A stretch of 35,578 nucleotides of DNA, taken from NCBI GenBank assembly GCA_021200075.1, contig JAJQGZ010000076.1, forward strand, positions 1 through 35,578. Reading direction: 5' to 3'. A program made the translations under genes and the position numbers. Source of the stretch: Clostridiales bacterium (lineage in GTDB: Bacteria > Bacillota > Clostridia > Oscillospirales > Acutalibacteraceae). Of this stretch, positions 32,647 to 35,578 are shown piece after piece. Every line of letters starts with the position of its first letter. The first letter of the stretch is position 1. A model generated the notes under the pieces. It was not told the DNA's origin. It ran no database searches and saw only the letters and a program-made list of their open reading frames with translations.

Positions 32647-34591
32647 CGCATATATGCTTTCGTCTATCTTACCGTAGGTATAAAAATTTTCTGCCCCGAC
32701 ATCGAACCAATCGGCACTGTCGAGAGTACCGTCCTGATTATAATCACGGGATAAATATTCGTCCGTTCTTATAATCGGATATGTTCCGTAAATCCGCTTG
32801 ATTTTTGCATAATCCTTTATATTGACATATCCGTCGGAATTGTAGTCAAAATGGAACATAGCTATATTGCCGAGCTAAGCTTGATTTTCGCTGTCCGTAT
32901 TAAGAGTAACCGTTCTGGTAAGTCCATAGGTTTTCTCAATGGTTATCTCCGTAACATCGGAATCGACATAAAACGAGAAGCTGCCGTCCGACTTGGCGGT
33001 GTACACATTTTCGCCGTCAACATATATTTTGGCATATGCTATCGGATAATTGTTAGGGTGAGAACTGTCGGGAGATTCCATAAGCACAACACTGCCGGTA
33101 ACCTTTACGCCGATACTGTTTACATAATCGCTTTAATAAGTATCTCCGCACAGGGTACAGGTATAAACGGTATAACCCTTGGTTGTATAGGTAGCTTCAA
33201 CAACACTGCTTTTATAACTGTGTTCTATTGCAACGGGAATATTGGTGCTTACATCACCGAGCGAGAGCGTACAGTAATAGCTCGAACAGCTCCAGGCACT
33301 TTCGCTTTGAGTATCAGAGTATTCAATTTCCGTATCCCTATAAGTAACGCCGCTTGTATATTCAACCTCATCCGTATAGCCCATGTCGTATGTAACGGTA
33401 ACGATGCTCCCTACCAAAAGAGACTCGACATCGAATTTGACTGCACTGCAATCCGCCGCCGAAAGAGTAAGGGAATCAACACTGCAAGCAATACTTTCCA
33501 CAGTTTGAGGCATAAGAGTGACTGTGAAATCGCCCTCGGCGAAATTTGTGGTGACACAGAAATAATAAGTCTCACCGGCTGTAAGCTCGGCTGATACGCA
33601 GAAATTGAGGTTAAATGCGGAAATATCATCGTTTGAAGCGAGGACATTCCCCTTTGTATCCTCAAGCTCGCAGAGTAAATCTGTGTCGCCTGTGGAAGTG
33701 AGGTTGTATATTGCCGTGACATCTGGGACAAAAATAAATGTAAGTACGCTGTCGATATTATCGGAATAATATGTACAGTCGATACTCTCCCCCCTCGGTT
33801 ATATCATAGGTATCAATAATTTCATACGCAATCGCCTTTGACAAGGCGAATGTATAAGCGTCGCTGTCACGATAAACACGCATAACAAAATCACTGTAAA
33901 GCGAGCCTGCCGAAGCCGCCGAATAGCCGAAAGAATAATCGCTGAGCGTTGCATATTTCGGCACGGTGACCGTTGTCAATGACGAACATTTCAAAAACGC
34001 TTTTTTGCCGATTGAAACGGTCATTTTAAGATTTGCAAATTCAACGCTTTCTAGCGAGGTACAGCTTTCAAAAGCGGACATACCGATTGATGTTACCGTT
34101 GACGGTATGCTCATGCTCACAAGACCGGAAGTATTATAAAAAACGTAATTTGATATAGTTTCAAGCCCTTCGGGCAAAATGACGGTTGAATTTGAATTTG
34201 TGCGTGCCATTGCATAATTGCCGATTGACAAAAGCGTTGACGGAAGCGATATATCCGCCGTGGTGATATTGTAGAAAAAATATGTACCGAGCGAGGTTAT
34301 ACCCTCCTCAACAACTATATGCTCGATAGAACCGTCGCTTCTCCACGAATACCAGGGCTGTGAATTTGTCGAGCCGGAGCTGTTGGAAAAATTCGGGGTG
34401 GCTCCGTCTCCGCTGATTATAAGAGTTTTCGTCTCTGCGTCAAATGAATAATAGGTATCGGATTCCAAAATCTGAGTTTCTTCAATATCCTCCGTCTGCG
34501 TCAAAGCGTAAGCCGGAACAGTACCAAGCATAACCAATATAAACATCGTTACCACGCAAAAAAGCGATACTGATTTTTTCAATTCATACAC
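32632..34591 (-). pseudogene. Secreted BspA-type leucine-rich-repeat surface protein with PPC-like and dockerin/EF-hand-like domains, disrupted
   Basis: Signal peptide (..VPAYA), LRR_5 repeats (LPSTLLSIGNYA, IPSTVTSIGMSAF). +1 shift in C6 at 33789-33794, in-frame TAA at 33133-33135 and TAG at 32875-32877. Ends with DYNSDGYVNIKD and DYNQDGTLDSAD loops. Confidence 0.82.
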
Positions 34592-34715
34592 CTCCCGAAA
34601 ATTAACTATATGTTTTTCGGCAAAATTCTTGCTCGAGCCGATTAAAATAACATACCCATAAACATTTTAACATATATTAGTAAGTATTACAACATCGATT
34701 TTATGAACAAAATTC

Positions 34716-34743
34716 TTGACTTTTTTCAAAATTATGATAATAT
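34716..34743 (+). promoter_or_regulatory. Putative sigma-A promoter upstream of the structured leader
   Basis: TTGACT (34716-34721), 16-nt spacer, TG-extended TAATAT (34738-34743). Confidence 0.55.
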
Positions 34744-34749
34744 ACCGAG

Positions 34750-34857
34750 CGTTAAATTAATAAAATGCATTAACGACATAAGTAACGCAAAGCGTGTAAA
34801 TCTGATTACGGGACATATGTTTTCATCAGAACACGCCGAGGTTACCTGTGTTTTTTT
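34750..34857 (+). ncRNA. Candidate cis-regulatory leader RNA (attenuator/riboswitch-like), family not recognised
   Basis: Nested helices 34776-34786/34841-34851, 34792-34797/34831-34836, 34801-34806/34825-34830, ending in T7; small 5' hairpin 34750-34755/34770-34775; lies between promoter and RBS. Confidence 0.5.
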
Positions 34858-34881
34858 ATGCAAAAAAAGGAGTTTTCTATT

Positions 34882-35477
34882 ATGCCGAAAAATCAATTTC
34901 AAAGAATGGTGTTTGCTTTCCTCACGGTTGTTGTGACGGTACACGCCTATGTATTCTACAGCCTTTATGTGGTAAACGGGGAATATGCTGATGGAAGTAA
35001 ACGGCGAAACGAGCGTACTCAAAGCGATAAACGCACAGGGCGGAGTATATATGTTCGGTCATATGCTGCCAATATGGGCGGTAATTTTAATCGAATTTAT
35101 TTTTGCATACACGCTTGAATGTCTTGTGGGAAGTCCGTTTTCTTTCAAGATTGCATCAAAAATATTTAATCCCGCCGATACTCATCCTTATACAATGGAA
35201 ACGGCAGTAATTTGCGCAACGGTATTTCTTATGTGCCCGTCAATGAGCCTGCTCGCAGCATTCTTCTATTATCCCTACTACGAAGGATTTAACATTCTCA
35301 CCCTGCTTGCAAACGGATAGTTGAAACTCGTATGCTTCAACTATCCGTTTGCGTTTTTTCACTCAAATATTCTTTATCCAGCCTCTTATCAGGAGAGTTT
35401 TCGGACTTCTGTTCAGAAAAGATATTAAAAAGCGCAGAGTTGAAGAACCGAAAGAAAAGCATCTTGCACAGCAGTAA
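34882..35477 (+). pseudogene. DUF2798-like integral membrane protein, disrupted
   Basis: AAGGAG RBS, MPKNQFQRMVFAFLTV..; +1 in G4 at 34978-34981; CPSMS motif; in-frame TAG at 35318-35320; +1 in T6 at 35354-35359 before TQIFFIQPLIR. Family assignment is from recall. Confidence 0.65.
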
Positions 35478-35504
35478 GAGTTTAGCAAAGGGTTAAAATA
35501 ACCG

Positions 35505-35539
35505 AAAGTCCCGAGAGTTCAACACTCTCGGGACTTTTT
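35505..35539 (+). terminator. Intrinsic terminator
   Basis: aaagtcccgagagt-tcaac-actctcgggacttt perfect 14-bp stem ending in T5. Confidence 0.88.
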
Positions 35540-35556
35540 GCATAACAACTATAAGG

Positions 35557-35578
35557 CGGGCGGATGCTATCCGCCCCT
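35557..35578 (-). repeat. REP-like palindrome, copy 3, truncated by the window end
   Basis: Reverse complement AGGGGCGGATAGCATCCGCCCG differs from copy 2 at one position. Confidence 0.8.

Overview
A 35.6-kb chromosomal segment of a Firmicute, most likely a gut Clostridia (Oscillospirales/Ruminococcaceae-like; inferred from gene content and synteny). It is mostly housekeeping and cell-envelope DNA: nadB-nadC, two divergent TagF-family glycerophosphotransferases, ackA-ydbC-alaS-HIT-PRTase-radC, tmcAL, a GH2 beta-galactosidase-comEC-holA-rnmV run, a MacA/MacB-like adaptor plus permease pair, and a partial purine operon (purE-GNAT-purM-purN-purO-like-purD). There is no phage, CRISPR array, rRNA, tRNA or transposase. 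Main signals: (1) seven dispensable genes are broken by about 9 small homopolymer indels and at least 5 in-frame stops of all three types while long housekeeping ORFs stay open, and conserved motifs carry G>A/C>T changes, which suggests a mismatch-repair-deficient lineage in early genome erosion (assembly error not excluded); (2) a long structured, U-tailed leader upstream of a DUF2798-like membrane gene, a candidate attenuator or riboswitch; (3) an efflux adaptor with a Thr/Lys-rich linker and an InlB B-repeat-like domain inserted in its helical hairpin, with no ATPase gene in its operon; (4) GTAG-type REP palindromes, one truncated at the window end. I cannot support a complete new multi-gene system from this window alone.
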